This document shows, piece by piece, positions 12,470 through 24,816 of a DNA stretch of 64,000 bases (its first letter is position 1; each line of letters opens with the position of its first letter). Origin of the DNA: Eledone cirrhosa (taxonomy: Eukaryota); NCBI GenBank assembly GCA_964016885.1, contig OZ024744.1, positions 93,558,001 to 93,622,000 of the forward strand, read 5' to 3'. The notes below the pieces were generated by a model. It made no database searches and was not told the DNA's origin. It saw nothing but the letters and a program-made list of their open reading frames with translations. The translations under genes and the position numbers were made by a program.

Positions 12470-13547
12470 ATTGCTGGGTAGTAACTTTGAAATGTTGCCA
12501 TTTAGTAGCTTTAAAATGTTGCTGGGTAGTAACTTTGAAATGTTGCCATTTAGTAGCTTTAAAATGTTGCTGGGTAGTATATTTGAAATGTTGCCATTTA
12601 CTAGCTTTAAAATGTTGCCACTCAGTAACTTTGAAATGTTGCCACTTAGTAGCTTTAAAATGTTGCTGGGTAGTAGCTCTGAAATGCTATCATACAGTAG
12701 CTTTGATTTTAAAATGTTTCTGTCTAAAGAATCAAATATTCCATTCAGTGTTTGGGGAAATATTAGCAGGAATATTGTATACAATTCTTGTATTTTACTC
12801 CCAAAACTAAACTTCAGCCAATGCCCAAATGACTCAATATAACTACAATACAGTCAATGTTCCTTGTATACTGTGCAGCAGCTGCACTGTAGCTGTATTG
12901 GTGTTGCACACATCAAAATGTTGCTGTGCAGCAGCTTTGAAATGTTCACTCAATAGCTTTGAAGTGTTGTCACCCAGTAGCTTTGAAGTGTTGCCACAGA
13001 GTAACTTTGAAATGCAGTAATTTTGTAAAGTTGTCATGCAGTAGCATTAAAAAGTTGCCCTACAGTAGCTTTAAAACGTTGCTGGGCAGTAACTTTAAAA
13101 TGTTGCCACTCAGTAGCTTTAAAACGTTACCACTTACTAGCTTTGAGATGCTGCGCCTCAGTAGCTTTAAAACGTTGCCACCCAGTAACTTTGAAATGTT
13201 GCCTCTCAGTAACTTTGAAATGTTGCCTCTCAGTAACTTTGAAATGTTGCTCCTCGGTAACTTTGAAATGTTGCTCCTCAGTAAGTTTGAAATGTTGCTT
13301 CTCTGAAGCTTTGAAATGTTGCCACACAGTAGCATTGGAATTATGCAGTAACTTTGTAAAGTTGTCAGGCATTAGCATTAAAAAGTTGCCACACAGAGGC
13401 TTTGAAATGTTGCTACCCTGTTGCTTTGAAATGTTACCACCCAGTAGCTTTAAAAAGTTGCTGGGTAGTAGCTTTGAAATGTTGCCCCTCAATAGCTTTG
13501 AAATGTTGCCACCCAGTAGCTTTGAAATGTTGCCACCCAGTAGCTTT
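12470..13547. repeat. 24-bp minisatellite in two blocks (12470-12705 and about 12915-13547)
   Basis: Unit aaatgttg-N8-tarctttr; both blocks end in the same unique flank (12703-12770 vs 13544-13612). Confidence 0.9.
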
Positions 13548-14016
13548 GATTTTTAAATATTTCTGCCCAAGGACCAAAATATTCCACACAGTGGTTGGGG
13601 AAATATTAGCCCAAATGACTCAATATATTTTCTTCTCTGCCTCAATAGAGAAGGGACTCGACCATCACTGACCAATGGTTTATTACCTGGTGTGAAGTGC
13701 ATGGAGCATGCTGCACTCTTCAATGGGTATCTATACAATCGATGCAGGACCTTTAACTGTGAAGAATGTTGATAAGGGAGTTTGGCAGGGGACTATTCAT
13801 TTTTTTAATGGTGTCCATTATTCTGCATTTATACGCAGTGGATTGGCAGAGTTGGTAGCATATTGGACAAAATGCTTTATGACTGAGTTCATATCCCACC
13901 AAGGTCAACATTATTTCTCATCTTTCCAGGTGTCGATGAAATAAAGTACCAGTAAAATATTGTGGTCAATGTATTCAATTTTCCTCTCAATCCAAAATTG
14001 TGGGACTTGTGCCTAC

Positions 14017-14700
14017 TTTGCCTTTCATCCTTACGGGGTCGATAAAATAAAGTACCAGTAATGCACTGGGTAATTGCTGGCCTTGTGCCTAAAGTAGAAA
14101 CAATTATTGGATTGGCAGTATTTCCAGCATAGTTACGTCCCTTTACGATCTGAGTTCAAATCCCGCCGAGGTTGACTTTGCCTTTCATCCTTACGGGGTC
14201 GATAAAATAAAGTACCAGTAACACACTGAGTAATTGCTGGTCTTGTGCCTAAAATAGAAACAATTATTGGATTGGCAGTATCGGTAGAGGGTCGAACATG
14301 CTTTCCAGCATAGTTACGTCCCTTTACGATCTGAGTTCAAATCCCGCCGAGGTTAACTTTGTCTTTCATCCTTACGGGGGGTCGATAAAACAAAGTACCA
14401 GTAATACACTGAGATAATTGCTGGCCTTGTGCCTAACGTAGAAACAATTATTATATGACTGAGTGGAAGGGCGGTGGATTGGCAGTATCGGTAGAGGGTC
14501 GGGCACCATGCTTTGCAGCATAGAGTTACGCCCCTTTATGGTCTGAGTTCAAATCCCGCCGAGGTTAACTTTGCCTTTCATCCTTACGGGGTCGATAAAA
14601 TAAAGTACCAGTAGTAATACACTGGGATAATTGCTGGCCTTGTGCCAAAAGTAGAAACAATTATTATATGACTTGAGTTCAAATCCTGCCACGGTCAACC
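14017..14700 (+). mobile_element. Cluster of four family-A SINE copies, partly 5'-truncated
   Basis: Repeated gcctttcatccttacggggtcgataaaataaagtaccag..ggccttgtgcctaaagtagaaacaattatt. Confidence 0.88.
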
Positions 14701-14888
14701 TTACTTCCACTCAGTGGTTGGGGAAACAATGAACAGGAATGTTGTATTTTACTCCCAATACTAAACTTCAGTTATTTGACTGGTGCTAAGCTAAGGTAAA
14801 GAAGACCCAGCTACAAGAATACAATACGACTTGACCCTTATATGTGCCGCTCCCCCCTCTTTCCCACTAGCACTACTACCCAGCAGCT

Positions 14889-14995
14889 ATGGTGGTGGTG
14901 GTGGTGGTGGTGGTGGTGGTAATAATGACAATGATGATGATGATGATGATGTGGAGGATAATCACTGGCATTGATGATAATGATAATGATGGTGG

Positions 14996-15026
<31 letters not shown>

Positions 15027-15229
15027 GGTGGTGGTGGTGGTGGTGGTGGTGATGGTGGTGGTGGTGGTGGTGGTGATGATGGTGGTAGTGGTGGTGGTGG
15101 TGGTGGTGATGATGGTGGTGGTGGTGGTGATGATGATAATGGTGATGATGATGATGATGATGGTGATGGTGGTGGTGGTGGTGGTAGTGGTGGTGGTGGT
15201 GGTGGTGGTGATGATGGTGGTGGTGGTGG

Positions 15230-15263
<34 letters not shown>

Positions 15264-15769
15264 GGTGGTGGTGGCGATGGTGGTGGTGGTGGTGGTGGTG
15301 ATGATGATAATGGTGGTGGTGGTGGTGGTGTTGTTGGTGTTGGTGCTGGTGTTGTTGTTGGTGGTGGTGCTGCTAGTGGTGGTGGTGGCGGTAGCGGTGA
15401 TGATGGTGAGGATGATGGTGATGATGGCTGTGGTGGTGGTGGTGATGATAATGGCGGTGGTATGGTCGGTGGAAATGATGATGATGATCATAATGATGAC
15501 GATGATGACGATGATGATGATGGCGGTGGTGTTGATGATAGTGGTGGTGGTGGTGGCGGTGATGATGGTGGTGGTGGTGGTGGTAGTGGTGGTGGTGGTG
15601 GTGGCGATGGTGATGATGGTGATGGTGGTGGTGGTGGTGGTGGTGGTGGTGGTGGTGGTGGTGGTGGTGGTGGTGGTGGTGGTGGTGGTGGTGGTGGTGG
15701 TGGTGATGATGGTGACGATGATGGTGGTAGTGATGATGGTGGTGGTGGTGGTGATGGTGGTGATGAAGG

Positions 15770-15800
<31 letters not shown>

Positions 15801-16465
15801 GGTGGTGGTGGTAGTGATGGTGATGATGATGGTGGTGGTGATGGTGATGGTGGTGGTGATGATGGTGGTGGTGGCGGTGATGGTGGTAGTGATGATGGTG
15901 GTGGTGGTGATGGTGATGGTGATGGTGATGATGATGACGATGATGACGATGATGATGGTGGTGGTGATGGTGATGATGGTGGTGATGGTGGTGGTGGTGG
16001 CGGTGATGGTGGTAGTGATGATGGTGGTGGTGGTGATGGTGATGGTGATGGTGATGATGATGACGATGATGACGATGATGATGGTGGTGGTGATGGTGAT
16101 GGTGGTGGTGATGGTGGTGGTGGTGGCGGTGATGGTGGTAGTGATGATGGTGGTGGTGGTGATGGTGATGGTGATGGTGATGATGATGACGATGATGACG
16201 ATGATGATGGTGGTGGTGATGGTGATGGTGGTGGTGATGGTGGTGGTGGTGGCGGTGATGGTGGTAGTGATGATGGTGGTGGTGGTGATGGTGATGGTGA
16301 TGGTGATGATGATGACGATGATGACGATGATGATGATGGTGGTGGTGGTGGTGATGGTGATGGTGATGGTGGTGGTGATGGTGATGGTGGTAGTGATGAT
16401 GGTGGTGGTGGTGATGGTGATGGTGGTAGTGATGATGGTGGTGATGGTGATGGTTATGGTGGTGG
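14889..16465. repeat. (GGT/GAT)n tract with a 126-bp higher-order repeat
   Basis: Marker ggcggtgatggtggtagtgatg at 15873, 15999, 16125 and 16251. Confidence 0.93.
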
Positions 16466-16674
16466 AGCAGATTTGGTGGAAAGGTAGAGTTGCTTTATGA
16501 TGAATAATAATTACTCCTTTTTAAAAAAAAATGTTTTCTTCTTTCTATTCCAGTGATTGTTTAACTTAAGGACATATTTCCTGGCCTCCTTTGTAGAAAC
16601 AAACATTTCATTAGTGACTGCAAACAATAACTGACCTTTAACCCAATAACTAGTCAACAGACAATCGGTAATTT

Positions 16675-16690
16675 AGAGAGAGAGAGAGAG

Positions 16691-16758
<68 letters not shown>

Positions 16759-17230
16759 TGTGTCTGTGTGTCTGTGTGTGTGTGTGTGTGTGTCTGTGTC
16801 TGTGTGTGTGTGTGTCTGTGTGTGTGTGTGTGTCTGTGTCTGTGTGTGTGTGTGTCTCTCTCTGTGTGTGTGTGTGTGGTTCCTATATATGTATTGTGTG
16901 TATGTGTGTCTGTGTCTGTGTGTGTGGTTCCTATATATGTCTTGTGTGTGTCCAATATATGTCGTGTGTGTGTGGTTCCTATATATGTTGTGTGTGTTGT
17001 GTGTCTGTGTGTGTGTGTGTGTGTGTGTGAGTGTATCTATGTGTGTGGTTCCTATATATGTCTTGTGTGAGTGTGTGAGTGTGTGTGTGGTTCCAATATA
17101 TGTCTAAACTAAACACGTGTGTCCTAACAAAATTTGTCCCTACACCATGTGTGGTTCCAATATATGACTAAACTAAACACGTTTGCCCTAACAAAATTAG
17201 CCCCTACACCATGTGTAGTTCCTATATAAT
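16675..17230. repeat. (GA)n(GT)n microsatellite grading into a gtgtggttcctatatatg minisatellite and a ~60-bp tandem duplication
   Basis: Direct reading. Confidence 0.9.
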
Positions 17231-17476
17231 GTTGATGATGATGATGATAATATATATGTGTGTATGTGTGTGTCCCAAACTAGCATGGAAGATAGACGTT
17301 AAACGATGATGATGATGATGATGATGATGATGATATATATATATAGAGAGAGAGTTAGATAGTTAGATAGATAAGATAAGAGATGTCAACATGAATGAAC
17401 CTGTTATTTTTATCTAAAGACATTTTTTCCAATTCCAACCCGCCAGTCCCCTCAATCTATCTTATTTCTCATTCTT

Positions 17477-17512
17477 TCTTCTGATGAAGGACTGGCGTCC
17501 GAAACGTTAAGA
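17477..17512 (+). ncRNA. Minimal type I hammerhead ribozyme, probably a Penelope-like element terminal-repeat remnant
   Basis: TCTT-CTGATGA-A-GGAC-TGGC-GTCC-GAAAC-GTT-AAGA: conserved core, perfect 4-bp stem II, palindromic AACGTT stem III, TCTT/AAGA stem I. Confidence 0.7.
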
Positions 17513-17596
17513 CCCTCTTCCTGTTATATCAAGCGTTAACCTAATATATCCCTTCCATATACTGTACCGATTGTGTTGTTATTTCTGTTTACCTTT

Positions 17597-17718
<122 letters not shown>

Positions 17719-17725
17719 TAGATAG

Positions 17726-18392
17726 ATATGTTTCTTTATTAGCCACAGGGGCACAGAAGAAGGGGACAAATACAAAGGGGAAAGTTTACATACAATAAAA
17801 ACGTGTAAAATGTTATCACAAATGTAATTTAAAAGTTAATCGATTTTCCCTAATAGGGGGAGACATATGGGTACATATGGGTAACACATACCCCCGAAAA
17901 AATGTGCGACCCTCATCTCCAGGAGTATGAAGAGTTTGTACCCCTTGCCTCCCTTCCTCTTTTTCCTCAACCTACAGGCTGATATAGAGAGAAGGCCCAT
18001 TCGCTCGGGCCATTCTCGCCACTTTCACCCACTTTTCATAAAACTTGCTGGGGTACAGCACCCCTCTCTCCAACCTGATTCTTCTTCTAAAGTGGTATTT
18101 GAAAAAAGAATCAGTTGTTGGCCGGAGAGAAAGGTGTCTGACCTCAGCCCTTTTAACCTCGTCCACCATACAACCTCTTTCGCCATAGCTATCACACAAA
18201 GGAAAACCGCCTCTCCTTCGTTTTTGAAGGAGGGTGGCAGTTTGATCATGACGATAGACTCGGTGGTCAACTGGATTGGTCCCACCCGTGACAATAGTCG
18301 TTCTACATTGCCCCACAGGTCGGTAACGCCCGGGCAGTGTACAAATGCGTGCGCGACGGTTTCCTCGTCGCGTACGCATCTCGGACAGATCT
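17726..18392 (-). mobile_element. Tx1/L1-clade LINE 3' fragment
   Basis: Minus strand has CPRCVRDEETVAHAFVHC (zinc knuckle), then EVVWWTRLKG..LFFKYHFRRRIRLER; the 3' end ctgtggctAATAAAgaaa runs into (ATCT)n. Confidence 0.8.
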
Positions 18393-18737
18393 ATAACAAA
18401 ATACTGGTATGTATGAATATAACATGAGACATGGTTTGTGTGTATCATATTTAATAAACAATTTGTGGATATATAGAACAGTATAGGTGACATGTCAATG
18501 AATAGATGAAAGAATGAAGCAAAGTTATTAGTTACCGTTTTGGTTGCCAGGCGAACGCGCCTGGCAGAAGACGCGCCTGGGCGAAGACGCTTGGCAAAGG
18601 CCAGGAGCCGAAAGGGCGAATGAGAGGAAGGGAACTTAAAGTTGTTAGTTTTATAGGGTTCTGACCGGAAGTTACAGAAAGGGTTCTACTTCCTGTCTAG
18701 AGAGCGTTAATCTATTGGGGATGTGAGTGTCACAACA
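18393..18737. mobile_element. Possible solo LTR
   Basis: Unique, GC-richer segment ending in GTCACAACA (TGTTG on the minus strand), with short internal repeats (gaagacgcgcctgg); left end and TSD unclear. Confidence 0.3.
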
Positions 18738-21700
18738 AGAGAGGCAACTACAGCTACATTAACTCCCGCCAGATTTTTAAAATATAAAAATCGAATGAAA
18801 TATGTATGTAGTAAGTTGGCGAGAATGTTGTAACAGGCATGAAAATTACGAAAAACAAATAATGTTTGCAAAAATCAATGATAGATATCAAGGTAGCCAA
18901 CCGCTCTTGGCCAGAGAACGACTGGACATCTATCTATCCATCACCCAAAGACACAATGTCATCAAAGTAAGAGAAGAGCTCAAAGTTCAAATGTACAAAA
19001 TATAGTTCACAGGTGTGCAATCACATGACAGCAGGAAAGAAAGTGTGTTCCAGAGAATGAATGCAGGTGGTTTCTGTTCTGTGGTGTAACGTGAAATTTC
19101 CAACCTCCGAATGGATTTTCTCACAGGAAGAGTGCTGCAAAAATAAATTCTCTGGCTTGTTCTGTGCATTGTTCAGCCAATGATCTAAAATGTCTTGCAC
19201 AGAGTCGGCAACCAAAACATTCACTGGGAATAGCCGGCTGTGGTTGGAGTTCATGTACTTTTGCATGTCGCTTGAGCCCTCCTGCTGATCTACATTCTCT
19301 ACCACATGTTTGGCAAGCATGATGAGTAGCATCTCCAACAGCAGCCTGGTAGTCAACCACTGGTCTTACTTTATGACTGCGAAGATGACTTTCGAGTCCA
19401 GCTTTGCTTAGGCAGAGTCTCGCACAGACGCTGCATGTCAGCACCATAGGAGGATCCTCGCCGTCTGGAAGTGCAACAGCAATCCCCTTCCTCACATCCC
19501 GCTTTACTTTCTCGTATGTGATTCGAGATGCCTCAAAGGCAACTTTTCCCTCATATACAGTCTTTCTCCATTTATTACGATCAGCAGCAATATTTTCCCA
19601 TGTATCAGCAGAGATGTTAGCGTCTTTCAAAGAGGCTTTCAAGGAATCCTTATACATCTTTTTTGGTTTATGTGGCGGTCGTTTTCCTTTAACCAACTCT
19701 CCATAAAAGAATTGTTTTGGTATTCTAGAATCCTTCATCCTGGCAAGGTGACCACTCCAACGGAGTCGTTGCTTAAGCACAAGAGCTTCTATACTGTCAC
19801 ACACAGAGCTTTCCAAAATCTCGCCATCACTGATGTGGTCCCTCCAGTGAACGCCATGGATCCGTCTGAGACACATCTGATGGAAACTCTCCAATTGCTT
19901 AAGGTGGTGTCGATATGTGACCCAGGTCTCGCAGGCATAAAGAAGACAAGAGAGCACAGATGCCTTGTACACCTTTATTTTTGTCCTCCTGCATATGTCT
20001 CGCCGACCCCAGAGTCGTCTTTCTAGCTTTCCGAAAGCATCACTTGCTTTCCTAATCCTAAGTGAGATTTCACTGTCAAGGTTGCTGTATCGATCGACAG
20101 TGCTTCCCAGGTAGAAAAAACTGATCAACCACTCCAAGTCGTTTACCATACACATAGATATTTGGTTCAGTGTACTGCTTACCAGGGGCAGGTTGGTACA
20201 TGACGACGGTTTTCTTGAGACTGACAGTCAATCCTAGGGCAGTGCAAGCGTCAGAAAATGCATTCAAAATGTGCTGCATATCACTCTCTGTGTGCGCTAC
20301 AAGATCGCAATCATCTGCATACAAGAGATCTCTTATGATTGATGTAAATACTTTGTCTTTGCAGCAAAGCGTCTGATGTTAAATATGCTGCCTGAGGTTC
20401 GATATCGGATGTAAACACCATGCTCGCAATTCCTGAATGCAATACAGAAAACCATTGCAAAGTATATGGCAAACAGGGTCGGTGCTGGAATATCCCCGTT
20501 TCACAGCATTTTTTACTGAGATAGGCTCCGACATTAACCCAAGCCTTCATGTCGTCATGAAAGACCTAACTAAAGCAAGGAACTTATCAGGGCAACCAAG
20601 TTTCTGGAGAACCTTCCATAATGCATTTCTGTTAACAGTATCGAAAGCTTTTGTCAGATCGACAAAAACCTGATACGGATCCAAGCCTTGTTCAATGCAC
20701 TTCTCCTGGAGCTGTCTAGCTGAGAAGATCATATCAGTAGTGCCGCGTCCAGCACGAAAACCAGATTGACTTTCAGGAAGAACACAATCTGCAATGTGTG
20801 TCAGCAGACGGTCCAGAAGCACCCTACATAAAACTTTCCCTACGACAGAAAGCAATGATATACCTCTGTAGTTCCCACAATCATTCCTGTTACCCTTTCC
20901 CTTGTACAAGACCACCATTATTGCATCTCTCCAGTCCTCAGGTACAGATTCATTAGCCCATATCCTGCCAAACAAAGAGTGAAGATGTTGCAGGAGTCTC
21001 TCACCACCATATTGTAAGAGTTCAGCATGTATGCCATCCATACCTGGAGACCTTCCACTGTTCAGCTTCGAGATAGCCACTGCAACCTCCACAAGCGTCG
21101 GAAGTTCTGCGAGAGCTACTTTCACAGGACTTTCTGGAATGAGATTGAGGAAATCTTCACTGACGACAGACGGCTGATTAAAAAAATTATCAAAGTGCTC
21201 TCGCCACCTTCGTAGAATTCCTTGTGAGTCACGAAGAAGTTCTTTGCCATCCTTGCTGCGAAGCGGTGTCACCAGGGAAGAAGACGGTCCATAAACCTCA
21301 CGCAAGAGACTGTACAACAGCTTTGTGTTATTGGAATATGACGCAGTTTGTATCTCACCAAACTTCTCACTCCACCACTGATCCTTCATCTGAGAAAGAC
21401 TCCGCCTAACACGTGATTTTACATCCTTGAGTTCCTCATGCAACGTATTCCTCTCCTGTGGTTTTGCCGTCAAGTAGCGTGACAGAGCACGCCTCTTATC
21501 AGCCAACAAGTCTTCTATATGTACATCATTCTCATTAAACCAGTCCTGATGTTTTCTCTGCACCAATCCCAGAACACGCCTGCCTACATCATAAACCGAC
21601 TTTTTAAGGGTCGGCCAATTCTCACCAAGATCTGCAGCCTGCATCTCTTCTTCCAATGTCCTCTTCACATTTTTATCCTTAAGACGAGCAGCATTCAATC

Positions 21701-22427
21701 TTTTGGGCAGGGGAACACCAGGAGCCCGGATTTTACGTTTAGTGATTAGTTTCACTTTTGCGCGTACCAGGCGGTGGTCCGTCCAGCACTCAGCTCCACG
21801 AAGAGCACGAACACACTGCACATCCTGTCTGTCACGCATCCTGACTAGGACGTAGTCCAAAAGATGCCATTCCTTAGATGCAGGATGCTTCCATGTGGTC
21901 TTGAATTTGTTCTTTTGTTGGAACATGGTGTTGGTAACACACAGATCCAGCTCGGAATTCTTCTAATTTATTCACAAGAACAGTCTTAACAGCAAATCCT
22001 ACCCCAGCCTCTCTTCTGGTTCCTTCATCTCTTCCTTTCCAGAAGAATGTATATTCTCCACAAAATTCTGTAAGATGACCATCTCCAGCTAACCTCGTCT
22101 CAGATAAAGCCACGATGTCAAGATCGTAACGTCGAAGCTCCTTTGCAACAAGAGCGGTCTTTCCTTCAGGACGTTCCAAGGAATCCCTGACAAGCAGCGT
22201 CTGTACGTTCCAGCAGCCAAGACTAAATACCTTGTTTGGCTCTATTACAATGGCACGATGACGAGCGGGCCCAGGCTGTGATAACCTGGGGCCCCTGCCC
22301 TTATTGCCAATTATCTTTTTTGTTCCAGAACCTAAATTGCCAATTATCTCTTTTATATTGTTCTGGAACATCATTGAATTTGAAAAAAAAAAAAAAAGTA
22401 ATAATAATAGTAACAATAATAATAATA

Positions 22428-23037
22428 ATTGTATCCGAGTGTAAACACCTAGCCCAGACTCACTATAAGGGCTGGAGACATGATGTAATGGGCAGGGTGA
22501 TCCACTGGCACCTATGCAAAGTAAACAATTTACCACATTCTGAGAATTGGTATGGGCATAAGCCAGAGGTGGTGATAGAAAACGATCAGGTGAAGGTGCT
22601 GTGGGATTTTAGGATACAGACGGACAAGAAACTGGAACACAATAGACCTGGCCTGGTGGTTTTGGACAAAGAAAAAAGATCGTGTCTGATTGTGGATGTG
22701 GCCTGCCCATTCGACACGAGAGTGCATGAGAAGGAGAGGGAGAAAATTAACCGATACCAGGACTTAAAGTGGGAGGTAAAAAGGATTTGGAACTGTCATG
22801 AAGTCAAAGTGGTCCCGATTGTCATAGGCGCACTAGGGACTATCTCAAAAAGTTTCCAGGGATGGTTAAAGAAAATTGGCCCCTTCACGCTTTTTGGAAC
22901 GCTTCAAAAGGCATGCTTGCTGGGAACAGCAAGAACCCTCCGATACGTCCTGAATATCTGAGGCTGCAGGTAGTGGCTTGATATTCATTTCAACAAACTT
23001 TCCAGTTAACTAACATCAATGACTGAGACTCAAAGAG
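22428..23037 (+). mobile_element. 5'-truncated R4/Dong-like RLE LINE inserted in (TAA)n
   Basis: RHDVMGRVIHWHLC, VLWDFRIQTD..HNRPGLVV..IVDVACPFD..EKINRYQDL, PIVIGALG; TAA repeats on both sides; absent from the paralogous site at 32632-32672. Confidence 0.9.
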
Positions 23038-23538
23038 TAATAACAATAATACACTATTAATAATTATTAATGCACTCGTGCAATGCTTGTGCGTGACGAA
23101 TATTTTTCAAGTGAGGAAAGACTGTGCACTGAGCCAATCCCACTCTCTAAGCGACAGTAGCTATAACCCGAAAAGAAGAAAAGATCAACATCATCGGTAA
23201 CTACTGAGCCGCAGGTTTTATGTCGGAGTTAACCCAGTTTCCTGAGATGCCTTCTGCTAGAAGAATGCCCTGACAAGGGCTAGGGGTTCTTCACTCCCAG
23301 TGGTTTAACTGCGCGATCGGGCATCCAGCCCGATTATTTCTATGTCCCCGCGCGCAAAACCCCCCCCCAAAATAACTCACTTATTGACACTTATACGTAC
23401 GACATACGCATACGCGCACACACACGCATACATACGCGCGCACACAGCAACACATACAAACAAACACACACACGCTACTCACTTACACACACACACATAT
23501 ATATATATATATTACCGTCATTACTGATACAAGATTAC

Positions 23539-23719
23539 GGTGGATTGGTAGTATCGGTAGAGGGTCGGACGCCATGCTTTCCAGCATAGTTACGTCCCTT
23601 TACGATCTGAGTTCAAATCCCGCCGAGGTTGACTTTGCCTTTCATCCTTATGGGGTCGATAAAATAAAGTACCAGTAATGCACTGGGTAATTGCTGGCCT
23701 TGTGCCTAACGTAGAAACA
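23539..23719 (+). mobile_element. Family-A SINE with a 19-bp target-site duplication
   Basis: ATTACTGATACAAGATTAC at 23520-23538 and 23720-23738; single copy at the empty site 33151-33169. Confidence 0.95.
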
Positions 23720-24559
23720 ATTACTGATACAAGATTACAAGATTATGTCAACTGTTGACTTTCAAGAGTTCGTATAGTTGAAGCTGTTCGTATTACAGTC
23801 CAGTATTATTATAATTGCTTTACAGCATAGAGCTATGGCTCTCCACGCTCTGGGCTTAAATCCTGCCGAGGTCAACCTTGCCCTTCATCCCCACGGAGTC
23901 AACAAAAGAGAGTACCAGTAATGCGCTGGACCAGTCGCTGGACCGTGCCATGGTGATGGCGGCGGTGGTGGTGGTGGTGGTGGTGGTGGCAGTTGATGTT
24001 GTGTTGTGTGTGTGTTTTGCTATTTTGAGTTTTTGTTAGTTTGTGGTTTTTTTGTTTGTTTTTTTCGCTTGATGCCGCTGGTGTTGTTGTAAATGTTCAT
24101 TTCAATTCATTCTGAAGCTGTTGTTGCTGTAAACATTAGTGCCGGTGTTGTTGTTGTAGATGTTGGGGTTGAAGTCTGGTCGTTTGACTGAGTGATGTAT
24201 ATACACACATATACATACATATATATATATATATATACACATTCAACAGAGAGTAGAGTGTTTGACAACAGGTCGATGACTTTAGTCTAGATAGGGTAAT
24301 GACATGTGATGGTGGAGAGGGAGTGTAGACGTTATTGTGGTGGTGGGGACAGTGAGATGTATCTAGTTCATTTGTCTGTTTTCTTCTCTTTGCAAAATTT
24401 GAATTTTAGCCATGTTATATTGAGATGTTAGTAAATGTAAAATGTAAAATATAAATAAGGATTGCTCTGCTAAAATATACTAAAATATTTGTGTAACTTT
24501 CACAAACTTCTGTCGTGACATTCCAGAGTCCAGTGACCAAAAAATTGTTGTATTTTGAT

Positions 24560-24816
24560 GTACATACATACATACATACATACATACATACATACATACA
24601 TACAAATAGACATGTACATACATACATACATGCATACATACAGATAGACATGCACATACATACATACATACATACAAATAGACATGTACATACATACATA
24701 CATACAGATAGACATGCACATACATACATACATACATACATACATACATACATACATACATACATACATACATACAGATAGACATGCATACATACAAACA
24801 TGCATACATACATACA
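24560..24816. repeat. (CATA)n microsatellite; similar tracts recur through 26113-26318, 27577-28010, 33311-33475 and 40381-40432
   Basis: Direct reading. Confidence 0.95.

Larger units (their letters stand above)
19174..23808 (-). mobile_element. RTE-clade LINE copy 1 (3'-truncated, internal deletion, frameshifted; carries nested Dong-like and SINE insertions)
   Basis: APE motifs (LGCWNVQTL, VALSETRL), RT motifs (YRGISLL, FVDLTKAFDTV, LYADDCDL) and C2H2 fingers; collinear with 29076-33239; about 300 bp missing at ~21952. Confidence 0.95.

Noticed and set aside
12418-13671. Cys-rich (LKCCHPVA)n or LRR-like ORFs; CRISPR-like appearance
   Set aside because: A 24-bp satellite open in many frames; the 8-nt variable cores are far too short for spacers, there are no cas genes and the context is eukaryotic
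14889-16487. 532-aa Gly/Asp-rich ORF resembling acidic biomineral proteins
   Set aside because: Almost only GGT/GAT codons, other frames are equally open and there is no signal peptide; best explained as a microsatellite
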